Source: Chrysomallon squamiferum (lineage: Eukaryota; Animalia; Mollusca). From it: a DNA stretch of 64,000 bases. The stretch is taken from assembly GCA_012295275.1 (NCBI GenBank), contig CM022673.1, positions 14,322,001-14,386,000 of the forward strand, given 5' to 3'. The position numbers were made by a program, and so were the translations under genes. The notes under the pieces were generated by a model, which had not been told where the DNA came from, ran no database searches, and saw only the letters and a list, made by a program, of their open reading frames with translations. Shown piece after piece: positions 29,273 to 41,900 of the stretch (its first letter is position 1; every line of letters begins with the position of its first letter).

Positions 29273-30314
29273 TTTTTTTTTTTTTTTTTTTTTTTTTAAC
29301 TAAAACCAATTTTAAGTTCAGGACTCTCTAATCATATATTTATAAAATTATTCGCAAAAGTACAAAACTGTAATGCTTGAAAGATCTTTTTTTGAGTTTT
29401 AGAAGAATAATATTTCTTCTTCGTAGCGTTTCAGAATGCCCAGCTCAAGATCTTGTAATTTCGTGTGATTGTGCTCAGTTCAGTCTGTCTGTATTCCTCG
29501 CGGTATACCCCCCGCCTCCCCAAACACACACACCACTTGTACAACCTACTGACAGCCAAGACGTTAAAGAGTTCAATTCCAGTTGTCACAAACACATTAA
29601 GCTTTAATTGCGCCACACATTACTCTGCAATTCAAATGCCTTCGATCTTATTGTGTGTGCGGAGAGTCTTCCGGTTTGAATGATGGAGTAGCGCGGTCCA
29701 CAAGTTGCCGTTTGACACTTGTTTAAAAAGCGCGCAGGAAACGACGGCATTAACACGACTGCTGGTAATTGCCATTTCTAAAATGTTAACGCGAAGAAAA
29801 CGTCTTGAGTTCATTCGTAAAGAAATAAAATGTCCGCGGAGAGAAAAGGGCGGGTGATAATCAAGGTTGAGAGATTCGTAGTTTATCGAACTAATAGTAG
29901 ACAATACTTCTCATTGATCGAGAGAGAAAAAAATAAATAAAAGAGTACAAAGAAGCTATAAAACCCGGAAATCGTGAAAGCATCGTTAAACGTGGTAGAT
30001 AGAAGAGGCCATTAAGCATGAAAAAAGATTGAGAGAGAACATACAAATTAAACTCGAAATTTTTTTTTTTTTTTCTTTTTTAAGGGAAATGAGTATGGCT
30101 AAGGTTTGATGTCAAATTTGTTACCGAAATAACTGTAATACAAATTCATATAAATTTTATAATAGATTTCATACATTAGAAGAAGATTATTTTTGGTTAT
30201 TAACTTTATCATTTTGCATTGTTTTAAATGTATTTAACGATGCTGGTAGATACGTTCTAGATAGGTAAGCAGGTAGATGGAGGTTGGAGGATTTGGAAGA
30301 AAGGGTATGTATCT

Positions 30315-30362
<48 letters not shown>

Positions 30363-31067
30363 ATACGCATGTATAATCATACATGTTTGTAGATATTCGT
30401 GTAAAGGAACGGGGAGAAAGGTGTATCTCTATATGTATATATGGGTACATATATCTCTAGGTATGTATGTTTGTGTATGTACCTGCATATAATTATATAT
30501 GAACGTATACATGTAGACCTATATGTTACTCTGTATGTAAATGTACTTGTGAGCGTGCGTACGCTAATATCAGTCTTTAAACCCTAGTATATCGTTATGA
30601 AACGTGTTCGAAGTTCAGACTTTCAGCAGTGTGTTGTTACACGGCTGTGTGTCCATGTTTTGCATCTCTCTGTGTTGTTAATACTGTTATTAACGATGTT
30701 ATTGTTTCCCTCTCTTCTGTGTATGTTTGTTCAGAGACCCGCCTGACAGATGTGATAAACTAAGTAAACACAACCATCAAGTGAGTGCTATCGATTTCTT
30801 TGATATGTCACTGCCATTAGATTAATAATCTCTTTCATTTCTTCCACTTACGTACGCTGATAGGTCTACCGACATCAGTCTATTCTGTAGACTAACTTCC
30901 ACCACAAAGAATCGAGCATCTGAGATAACTTTAATGTAACCAGATTAACTGAAGTGTCATGACAACGATAGAAAGTGAAAAGCTTGTTTGACTAAATTTA
31001 CATGTTAATAAGTACAGCTCTTCAAATGAAGATTCATCAGTATAGTCTGTCAATGAGTCGTAGAAAT

Positions 31068-31148
<81 letters not shown>

Positions 31149-31589
31149 TTAGCAGAGAGAAAGAAAGAAAAAGATCATGAATAAAATATTTATTTCTCTG
31201 CTACAAGATCGTAATTTATTTATCAGGGGCAGACAACTCGGCCGTTAGAAGGTTTCAAGTATGTGAACTCTTTGACTTCATTTCCTTAACGAAACAAATC
31301 GACCAACTTCAAACCGATTTGTTTCTTTACCCGTCGTCTTAGTTTCCATTTTGCAATTAACCATTCTTCTACGACTTCATAAATAAAGAAAGACTTTTTT
31401 TTCCCGTTTACAGATTTACTGTTTCTTAACTAGGGGTTTATGCCATGTCCATTAGTTTCTTCTGAAAGATTTATCATTTTAATAAAACAAAAAAAAAAAC
31501 TAAAAATTAAAAAATTAAAATATATATTTAAAATTTTCATTTATAGTTTTAAATAAATTACATTATGATAGTTCTGATAATAATAAGTA

Positions 31590-31875
31590 GTAGTAGTAGT
31601 AGTAATAATATTAATAATAGTCATTGTAATAACAGTGGCTGTAGTAGTAATTGTATAGTAGTAGTAGTAATAGTAGTAGTAGTAGTAACAGTAGGAGTAG
31701 ATGTATCAGAAGCAGTAATAGTAGTTGTAGTAACTATTGTTGTAATAGTAGTAGTAGTAGTAATAGTAGGAGTAGTAGCAGTAGATGTAACAGAAGCAGT
31801 AATAGTAGTTGTAGTAACTATTGTTGTAATAGTAGTAGTAGTAGTAGTAGTAATAGTAGTAGTTGTAATAGTTAA
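31590..31875. repeat. (GTA)n-derived repeat with an internal duplication
   Basis: gtagatgta.cagaagcagtaatagtagttgtagtaactattgttgtaat occurs twice. Confidence 0.85.
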
Positions 31876-32760
31876 TTAAAATTAAAATAACTAATATCAA
31901 CCATTGGATACTGACTATTATTGTTATGTATTAATTTATTTAGTTAGTTAGTTAACTGATTAGTTAGTTAGTTATATAATTTAATCGTTATTAAATCATT
32001 CTTATTGACTTATGCCCATATCCCCAGCATTTTATTTAAACATAGTTATATAAGTTCTTAACATCGGTTTTTAAAAGTTGTTTTATTTCAGTCTGTAATA
32101 ATGATGTATATTTATAATAGAAAGAAAAAAAAAGGGATGAAAACTCATTTATATAATCTGCATCATGTCCATGATTTCATATTACAGTTTACCACAGTAT
32201 TCTTGTAATACGTTTTTTTTTTTTTTTTTTTTTTTTTGCTCCAAATATATGAAACATAATTAAATTTTCGGCTGTATTTGTCGCTTCCTCTTCCAATTTA
32301 ACGTGAAATCCATAGCAGGTCTGCCTTCGATGATTCATCATTTAACCCAAAACTCACACACCATCACTTCAGTTTAACTCTTAATCTCTTTTTATTTATT
32401 TCGTTAATATTCTTCCGTTTTTTTTTTTTTTCACACATTTATTTCTTGTCTTATTATTCTTTTTTTTTTTTTTTTTTTTTCTTCGGTTTTTTTTTTTTTT
32501 TTTTTTTTTTTTGGGAAAAACTATCGGAATGCAGTTGTACGCATAACAGGAAACAGAGATAATGGGGCGTAGATTAACGACGGATAACCATCGATCTTTT
32601 CCGGACAGCTATTTCCACCACACAGCTGCGATCCGCAGATAACGTTCACGGAACCAGCTTAAATGGACTTTTGCTGCTTAGATAATCAACACTGTACATT
32701 TATAAGCGATTGATTAAAATATATCGGTTTTAGTCATAAACTGCGTAATGGTTTTCTGTC

Positions 32761-32792
<32 letters not shown>

Positions 32793-32967
32793 GAAATGTT
32801 CTTGTAATGTTTTGTAGTTCATTGATCAAAAATTCATTCATCTTTTATATATTAAAGAATTCTTCCTCTGTTTGTGTAAAAAGTTCAGAAAGTAATTACC
32901 TAGATGATCCGCGATTACATTTCAAAGTGAAATTTATTTCATCTTGAAATTAACTGCCAGCACATTT

Positions 32968-33417
32968 ATGTTTTCTCCATAAATCTGAAACCGGGGTTAT
33001 CGGTGAAATTTAAGCTGATATAATTTTATCTTAAAACCTGACAAATATTTCTTCTTCTGATTTGGGTTCAGTGACAGCAACATGGAATAAAAGTTTTTAA
33101 ATAATCTTAATAATATCTTTATCGCTTTATTCATCTATTTCTCTGTCTTCTTTCTGTTTCTCTATCTATATGACCGCATGTGTGGGTATCTTACAAGCCT
33201 TTTATTATCGGTGTTTCTTTGCATATCATATATAAAAATTGTTATATTTATAGATGAATAAACTAATAAAGATGTTATTAAGATTATTTTTAAACTTATA
33301 TTCCATGTTGTTGTCACTGAACCGTGAAGAATAAATATTTGCCAGTTTTTAAGATAAAATTAATACAGCTTAAATTTCAGCGGTAACTGCGGTTTCAGAT
33401 TTATAGGGAAAAAACAT
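32968..33417. mobile_element. Fold-back/MITE-like element with ~170-bp inverted arms
   Basis: Arm 32968-33137 is the diverged reverse complement of 33251-33417 (ataaatctgaaacc / ggtttcagatttat; ttcagtgacagcaacatggaata / tattccatgttgttgtcactgaa). Confidence 0.75.
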
Positions 33418-33431
33418 CATCATCATCATCA

Positions 33432-33466
<35 letters not shown>

Positions 33467-33825
33467 TATTATTTAGTAAATCCCGACAATACATTACGTT
33501 AATTAGTTAATTTCCATTCGTAAGACCGATAACTCTCATAACAAAATAACAAATAATCCTTCAATAGTACTCTCCCTTAGTTTATGAATTTCTTTTTATT
33601 TATTTCACGTTTTCGCTTGTATCGTGATAAAATGGCAAACTGTGTGAAGTCATTAAGCTGATATATAGTTTTGTCTGCATGTGAGTTGATTATGTGCATT
33701 TGTTATTTGTTTCTTTGAATTAGCAGCATTAAACAGCTTTGGCTGGGATAATGTACCAGCTGGTTTCCTATTTTTACCAAAACCAGACAAGCAGGCATAG
33801 CAGATCAATTTTAACTGTTACCGGC

Positions 33826-33888
<63 letters not shown>

Positions 33889-34362
33889 CAGAAGAAGAAG
33901 CAGAATAGCAACAACAACAACGATAATAATGGTATAGAAAGACAGAAAGGATTGGCTTCTGTTATTTCCAGAGTAAACTTGTTGCTTGCCATTTTCATAC
34001 CAATCAAACCTGATACTGCGAAATTAACTGAATCGAATACTAAAACAAATATATATATATATATCTGACTTTTTTGCACTATTTCTGCAATTTAATATCT
34101 TATGTACGTTTTATTTTTTATTTTATTATTATTATTTTTTAAAATATTATTAACATTATATGGTATGAATTATTAATTGCCTATAAAAAAGATGAAGAAA
34201 TCTTTCTTAAATAAAACAAATAATAATGACAATAAAACAATAATCTGCAATCCAAATGAATGAGGTTTTGAATCGTAACTGCACAGTTTGGACACTAACA
34301 GGTATGAAGAAGACAGCACCGAGCGTAGACATTTCCGTATAATTTCTGGAAGTTATAGTATT

Positions 34363-34411
<49 letters not shown>

Positions 34412-35689
34412 ACCACCACACCTTATCCGTCTGATTTTTAAGTTTATATGACAGTGGTCTAACGGTCAGAATTCTAATTGGGATTTTTTTTGCTTGCAAG
34501 AAACTGATGTCTTTTATGAGTTAATCTTCCATATGATTTTCCGCCCCATGTCGGTTTAGTCAAGAATCTGACTTCACATGTTGTATTAAGTGTCACTGCG
34601 GAATCAATGATATGTTGATTTCTTGTATATATATATATCTGTATTCAGTATCGTCTTCTTCCGTTCAGTTAGTTAATGTTTAAACTGCTAAAATACGATT
34701 CAGAACATCAAGCTGTAATTGTCCATAGCCTGGTATCTCACACTCAAATGATAGTCCAAATGACGTCACACAATGGATTCGATTAATTCTAAGTAGAACC
34801 ATTAAAAATGAAATACAAATATTGAAATAAAATAATTAAAAATAAACAAAAATTGTTACAGCTTTATACAGAAAAACTAAATCAACAGAATGACTCATAT
34901 ATCGACTGTGGTGATATAAATACATCATTATATCTGCTTATTTTTTATTTTTGTTTTTATTCGTATACATACATGTTATTAAAGTATATAAATACATTAA
35001 AAATCAAGACAAAGCGTTAAAGTGAAACCATTTATTTCAGTTGTGCACCTAATCTATAATGATAAATTATTCACCTTTCTCTAAACCCGTGCTATATGCA
35101 CACAGTAATAAACTGCATTTGAAACACTATGTGTGTGTTGTATATATTTCCTACTTTTAATACTAAAGAACTGGTAATTTTGGGGATCAAAATAACTGGT
35201 TAATTAAATTATTTTATATTTGCAGATTATTAAACTGTTAATCTACTGTTTGCTAATGCAGATTTCAAATAACTACAGCAATTATTTATCAGTACTAATT
35301 ATAAAACGAAAAGGAACAACACAATATTAATAATAATGATAAAAAGAAAAGACTGCTTGACTGTCTCTGTTCCTGGACATACTGACTTTTGCAGTGAAAT
35401 TTAATTTGACAAATTATAACGCTTTTGTTTGACTCGCTAGAATACATGATTGATGGTCAATGGGCAAGTACGTAAGTTAATTTGTAGCTCGAAAATCTTT
35501 TGATTTACATATTGGCTGACTTTATTTCTGTTAGTAAATGAAACACAAGTTTATTAAATTACGTATTAATCTAATTCAGATAAATAATTTCATTAAACTT
35601 AAATTTGATTGCCATTTCTTCTGATGAAGACAGAGAAAGTCCGTCTTTTACGTGTTACCCTTCTATGCCCATGCGTAATAGCATTTAAG

Positions 35690-35760
35690 AGTTACCGCAT
35701 GCGCAGGTTTACAAAAACAAGCACGAACTCAAAATGGTTGTTCATCGCGGAAATGGGGTT
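35690..35760 (+). promoter_or_regulatory. AF10 proximal promoter with NRF1-like motif
   Basis: cgcatgcgca at ~35696-35705, plus aaaatgg and cggaaatgg (YY1/ETS-like), ~60-110 bp before the ATG. Confidence 0.45.
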
Positions 35761-35808
35761 GTTAAAAACAAACAAAAATCATTTATAGTGCAACCTTAGG
35801 GTTTAAAA

Positions 35809-35917
35809 ATGAAAGCGATGGTAGGGGGTTGTTGTGTATGCTCTGATGAGCGAGGATGGGCTGAAAATCCACTTGTTTATTGCGACGGACATGGCTGTAA
35901 TGTAGCCGTTCATCAAG
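35809..35917 (+). CDS. MLLT10: AF10 exon 1 (PHD1)
   Basis: MKAMVGGCCVCSDERGWAENPLVYCDGHGCNVAVHQ; donor G|GTTTGT. Confidence 0.95.
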
Positions 35918-38900
35918 GTTTGTAAACGTGTTTTTCTCGTGTTCTTTGGTGATGTCAGATCGTTTCGTTATGAAAGAATATCATATTATTTTATCTCTTC
36001 AATTGTTACACGTTTAATTTACAGCGTGCTATGGTATAGTACAAGTTCCTACTGGACCATGGTATTGTAGAAAGTGTGAGAGTCAAGAAAGACAGGCTAG
36101 AGTGGTAAGTTGTACCACTACTTACCTGTTGTCGTTGAATCGTATTGTCGTACAAATATCCATGTTGCATAGTTAATATTTTCATACAACGAACGGTATC
36201 TGAAGCACAGCTAAATATTTTATTTATTCATAATCTACTAATATCAACATTGTTTGATTGTCCATTTTAAAAATGTCTTTTATCTGGTGATTAATTTTAC
36301 AGAAAAAAAGATGAAATATTTGAGATTTTTTACAATATTTTATACATCATTTTTCATATCAGTTTCAGTTTATAAATCTCTATGTCATCAGGTAATTTTC
36401 ATTTAATACTAAAATTGTGCAGGTTTTGTTTCTATTAAACAGTCTTGTGAAATAGAATCAGAAATGTGCTCCTCTTTGCATAATTGTTAGTGTTAAAATT
36501 GTATTTGATTTTATTATTTTTATAAAAATAATTCTTTATATAATATATATATTACTCATTTTTTCCATTTTGATAGAAATGTGAACTTTGTCCTCAAAAA
36601 GATGGTGCATTAAAACGAACAGACACTGGAGGTTTGTTTATATGTATTTAAAATTTAATATTAATATTAATCAAATCAAAACTTTTATATATTATTTAAC
36701 ATTAGTATTAACAAAAAATAAATTTTCATATCAGGTAACAATAACTGTCATTTGCTATATTTGTCTAGCATATTAAAAGGAGAATATTACAAATATCTAA
36801 ATAAATAATCTTACTGAAGAAAAAAAAATGTAGTTGATTACTGTCACTAGCTTATGCAGAATTAAACATTTCAGTTTGACTGTATAATTTATGTTGTTTC
36901 CTTTTCATTTATGTAGGTAATGATAATGTACAAGTAGGATTTCACAAGACATTTTATGACATTAAAAACTAACAAGTAATTTACTCTTTTTATTTAATTA
37001 ATGTTTCTTGTAGGCTGGTGCCATGTTGTATGTGCTTTGTTTATTCCTGAAGCTTGGTTTGCCAATGTTCAAACGATGGAACCGATTGTGCTGAAGAATG
37101 TTCCTGGAGATCGGTTTAATAAGGTGATGAATAATGAGAATGTTTATTATAACAAAATCCATTAGAAAGATTGAGTTGAGTTGTTTTAAAATAATATAAA
37201 ACCTATATTAGATTGGATTCTCCATAGTTCATGTTTAATACACATACCTTCATATGTCATATTTTGAAGCTGTTTATAAAGCAATAACTTTAAACAAATA
37301 TAGTTTAAATTTTAAAAAATCATCAAAACAAATGTTTCTCCAGCATTCTGAGATGTTTGAAAATTGATATGATATTTTTGTTTTATTTTACACAAAGTCG
37401 TACATAGAAAAACTAATATTATTTTTTAACAGGTTTGTTACATTTGTGAGGAACATGGGCGTGAGACCAAGGCCACCAGTGGTTCGTGTATGACATGTAA
37501 CAAGAATGGATGTAAACAGAACTTTCATGTTACATGGTTAGTTACTTGTTACATTTGTAGTTTTGCTGAGCTGTTGTAATTTATAACAATGCATTGGCTG
37601 TCATGTAAAGTGGTTGCACATTGTTATACAGCAGGGAAAACAAGCTTGTAAAATAAAATTTGAAATTTGAAATTTCTATGCAATATTAATAAAATTATTT
37701 TTATTTAAATTTAATTATTATTATTTTATTATTTTTTATTTTTTATAAAATTGGTTTGCTCCATAATTTAAAATTTATAATTACATATGCAATGTGCATA
37801 AAATTATTTTCATTTAAATTTAAAAAAATTTATTATTTTTATTTTTGACTACTTTATGCATCTGATAACTAACATTAAGGATTATATTAAAAATAATATA
37901 TTTCATTTTCTATAGTGCACAAAGTCAGGGTTTACTTTGTGAAGAAGCTGGTAACTATGGTGACAATGTCAAATACTGTGGTTATTGTGTTTACCACTAC
38001 AAGAAATTGGTAAGTTTATTATGTTTAAACAGCTTGCCTTTCTGGACATTTATTGAACAATAATTTCAGAACAGCTCATATTCAGTCTGAAGGAATTGTT
38101 ACCTACATAGGCAAACATAGAAAACTTTTAAATATTTGTATTTAAATGGTTCACAAATAAATATTACTGACTTGTTTAGACCTGACTTTGAGTGATCTTC
38201 TTTTAAAAAAATTATATTTTATTGTGTGCTGAAATTACTTTTGTTAACATAAAATTGATTGTAACTGAGAATATGTAATTATCAACAATTACTTTTACAT
38301 TTAACATTCTCTTTGTTCTTCAGTATGAGTTTCTATGTATATTTACATGATTTATTGATTTATTTACTTTTTAATTTTTTCAGAAGAAAGACGCTAACAT
38401 TAAAATAATTCCAGCATTTAAACCAATACCTTCGGAAAATGCTACCCCTGATTCCACGCCGGAGAAACACACATCATCACGGTCTGACAGAGAGGAAAAG
38501 GTTTGTACTCACTTTATTAACATTAAACTGGTGAGGAAATATATGTTTTCCTCAAAACATATATAAACTGTCCCTCACAGCACATATAGCCCACAGGATG
38601 ACCAGACTAGCTGTGTTTATTAATTTTGTTTTATACAGTGGTAGATGACAGTGGTAATGTCTCGTGCTTTAATTTCAGTATCATGTAACTGTTAGTTGAG
38701 AAATTGTACACGTCTTTACTTTACACTCACTATCAAGTTTTAATTTAACTTAATCTTTAAGGGGACACACTAGGCAAAAAATGACAATATTTGAAATAAA
38801 ATAGTTCAGAAAATGTACATAAAAAATATAATTTTTCAGATATATGTTTCATATTTTAAAAACTATTTGGGCTAGAGTTTTCAAATTTGGAATATATATA

Positions 38901-41900
38901 ATTTAAAATATGAATTAAAAGCAATATTTTTTTTTTTTTAAATATTTCTTTTGAAGTATGTAAACAAAGACAAATTTCTTTCTTCTATGTTGTAGAAGTA
39001 CATGTCTGTTATGAACCCCAGCAGTTTGAATGATATTTATATATTGGTTTTGGTTGGAGAGGTTCATGAAATGGAGTACTGTAATATTTAAAAAAAGCCA
39101 AAAATAAAAGTTATCATTTGTCATAAAAAAAAATAAACTAGTACTAGTTTCAGTTCTGTAACAGAAAAAATTGCAATTTTTTGTTTTTGCCACATGTGTT
39201 CCTTGGACACATTTATGTCCATATGTCCATTCATTTGTAATGTATTTTGAAATAACATAGCAATTATTAAGTTATGTTTTTTTATAAATTTTTATTATAA
39301 ATGTCATTTCACCCAGAATGTGAGAATGAAGAACTCTGATGTAATGGACCCATCTCTGTGTGGGAGGACGAATATTGGTTCCTGTAGTGGTCAGCGGCCG
39401 CAGATGACCCCACCAGCCATTCTCAACAACAGTGCTAATTCTGACTCATCTCTGAAGTCTCCAGACTTCGCAGGCTTCACAGAAGCCGACATTAAAAATC
39501 ACATTACAAATGGTGTTGCTACTGAAACAAAATTTGACACTACTGTGACATCATCATCATCATCAACATTATCAGCTGTTTCAACAGCAACTGCCACTTC
39601 AACTCTGTCCAGTATATCAGCTGCAGAGCAAAAGTTTATTTTTGATGCTCGTTTTAAAGTGACGGAACCTAACAGCAGCAGTATGTTTACAAAGGTGGAA
39701 AAGTCGGTCAGTCCACACAGTAGTGCTAGTGACCGATCAAGTCCGAACCACGATGAGAACACTTCGTTCGCTGGTTCTTACGACACCTTCGCCACCAATG
39801 GACCAACAGCATCATCAGAAGACACAGGCACCACAAACAGCAAAACTAATGATTCAGAATTATACGGTTCTAAGCGTCAACGGTCAAGGTATTTATCTGA
39901 GCAAATACCTCAATTTATTTGCCATGCAGATCAGTACATAACTTAAGTGTGAAAATAAAGATAGTATTCTGTTACATATTGTTGATCAAACCATGATGAA
40001 ATATTTCAGTTTTCATAATTATTGTTACAGATGTCTTTACTTAAACCTGCCTTTGTATAAAAAGTGTTTGTTAGAGATCTCTGTTAAATTGTATTTGAAT
40101 TTATAAAAACAGTTTAATTAATATTAGATATCTGTTCATAAACTGCATTTGAGTTCATAAAAACAATTAAATTTAGCTAAACTATATACAAGTTTATAAC
40201 AAACAGTTTAATGGTTGTTAGAGATCTGTGTGTGTTGTAAAACTGTATTTGAGTTTATAAAAATAATTTAATTATTGTTACATATCTCTGTACACAGTTA
40301 AACCTGTATATGAGTTTATAAAAACAATTCAGTAGTTATTACTCTGTACATTGTTAAACCTGCATTTGACTTTTTATAAACAGTTTAACTGTTACAGATC
40401 TTTGTACATAATTAAACCTGTATTTCAGTCTATAAAAACAGGTTTAATTATTGTTGCACATCTCTGTACATAGCTAAACATGTATTTGAGTACAGTTTAA
40501 TTGTTGTTACAGATCTCAGGACACTGTGGATAAGAAGAAGGCAAAGCGAGGAAAGCAGATGCAGGCGTCTGCAGCAAAAGTGAAATCTGGGAAGGACAGT
40601 TCAGGGAAGACAGTTCTAACTCTGGGTGCAAAGAAACACACACAGAAGAGAAAGAACGGAGCAGCAAACAGTTCCGTTCAGTAAGTAACTACACTGTCAG
40701 TGGTTAGTTTTACACTTCTGTTCAGTAAGTAACTACACTGTCAGTGGTTAGTTTTACACTTCTGTTCAGTAAGTAACTACACTGTCAGTGGTTAGTTTTA
40801 CACTTCCATTCAGTAAGTAACTACACTGTCAGTGGTTAGTTTTACACTTCCGTTCAGTAAGTAACTACACTGTCAGTGGTTAGTTTTACACTTCCGTTCA
40901 GTAAGTAACTACACTGTCAGTGGTTAGTTTTACACTTCTGTTCAGTAAGTAATTGTCAGTGGTTAGTTTTACACTTCTGTTCAGTAAGTAATTGTCAGTG
41001 GTTAGTTTTACACTTCTGTTCAGTAAGTAATTGTCAGTGGTTAGTTTTACACTTCTGTTCAGTACACTTCTGTTCAGTAAGTAACTGTCAGTGGTTAGTT
41101 TTGTTCAGTAAGTTTTACACTTCTGTTCAGTAAGTAACTGTCAGTGATTAGTTTTACACTTCTGTTCAGTAAGTAACTGTCAGTGGTTAGTTTTACACTT
41201 CTGTTCAGTAAGTAATTGTCAGTGATTAGTTTTACACTTCTGTTCAGTAAGTAATTGTCAGTGGTTAATTCTGTTCAGTGTAATTGTTGGTTATTTTACA
41301 CTTCTGTTCAGTGTCAGTGGTTAGTTAGTTTTATTTTACTTCTGTTCAGTAAGTAACTGTCAGTGGTTAGTTTTACACTTCTGTTCAGTAAGTAATTGTC
41401 AGTGGTTAGTTTACACTTCTGTTCAGTAAGTAACTACACTCAGTGGTTAGTTTTACACTTCTGTTCAGTAAGTAACTACACTGTCAGTGGTTGGTTTTAC
41501 ACTTCTGTTCAGTAAATAATTGTCAGTGATTAGTTTTACACTTCTGTTCAGTAAGTAATTGTCAGTGGTTAGTTTTACACTTCTGTTCAGTAAGTAATTG
41601 TCAGTGATTAGTTTTACACTTCTGTTCAGTAAGTATCTACACTGTCAGGGTTAGTTTTACACTTCTGTTCAGTAAGTAATTGTCAGTGATTAGTTTTACA
41701 CTTCTGTTCAGTAAGTATCTACACTGTCAGTGGTTAGTTTTACACTTCTGTTCAGTAAGTAATTGTCAGTGATTAGTTTTACACTTCTGTTCAGTAAGTA
41801 ATTGTCAGTGGTTAGTTTTACACTTCTGTTCAGTAAGTAACTGTCAGTGGTTAGTTTTACACTTCTGTTCAGTAAGTAATTGTCAGTGATTAGTTTTACA

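Noticed and set aside
39320-39946. 208-aa ORF as a standalone gene
   Set aside because: It is AF10 exon 8 read through its splice donor.
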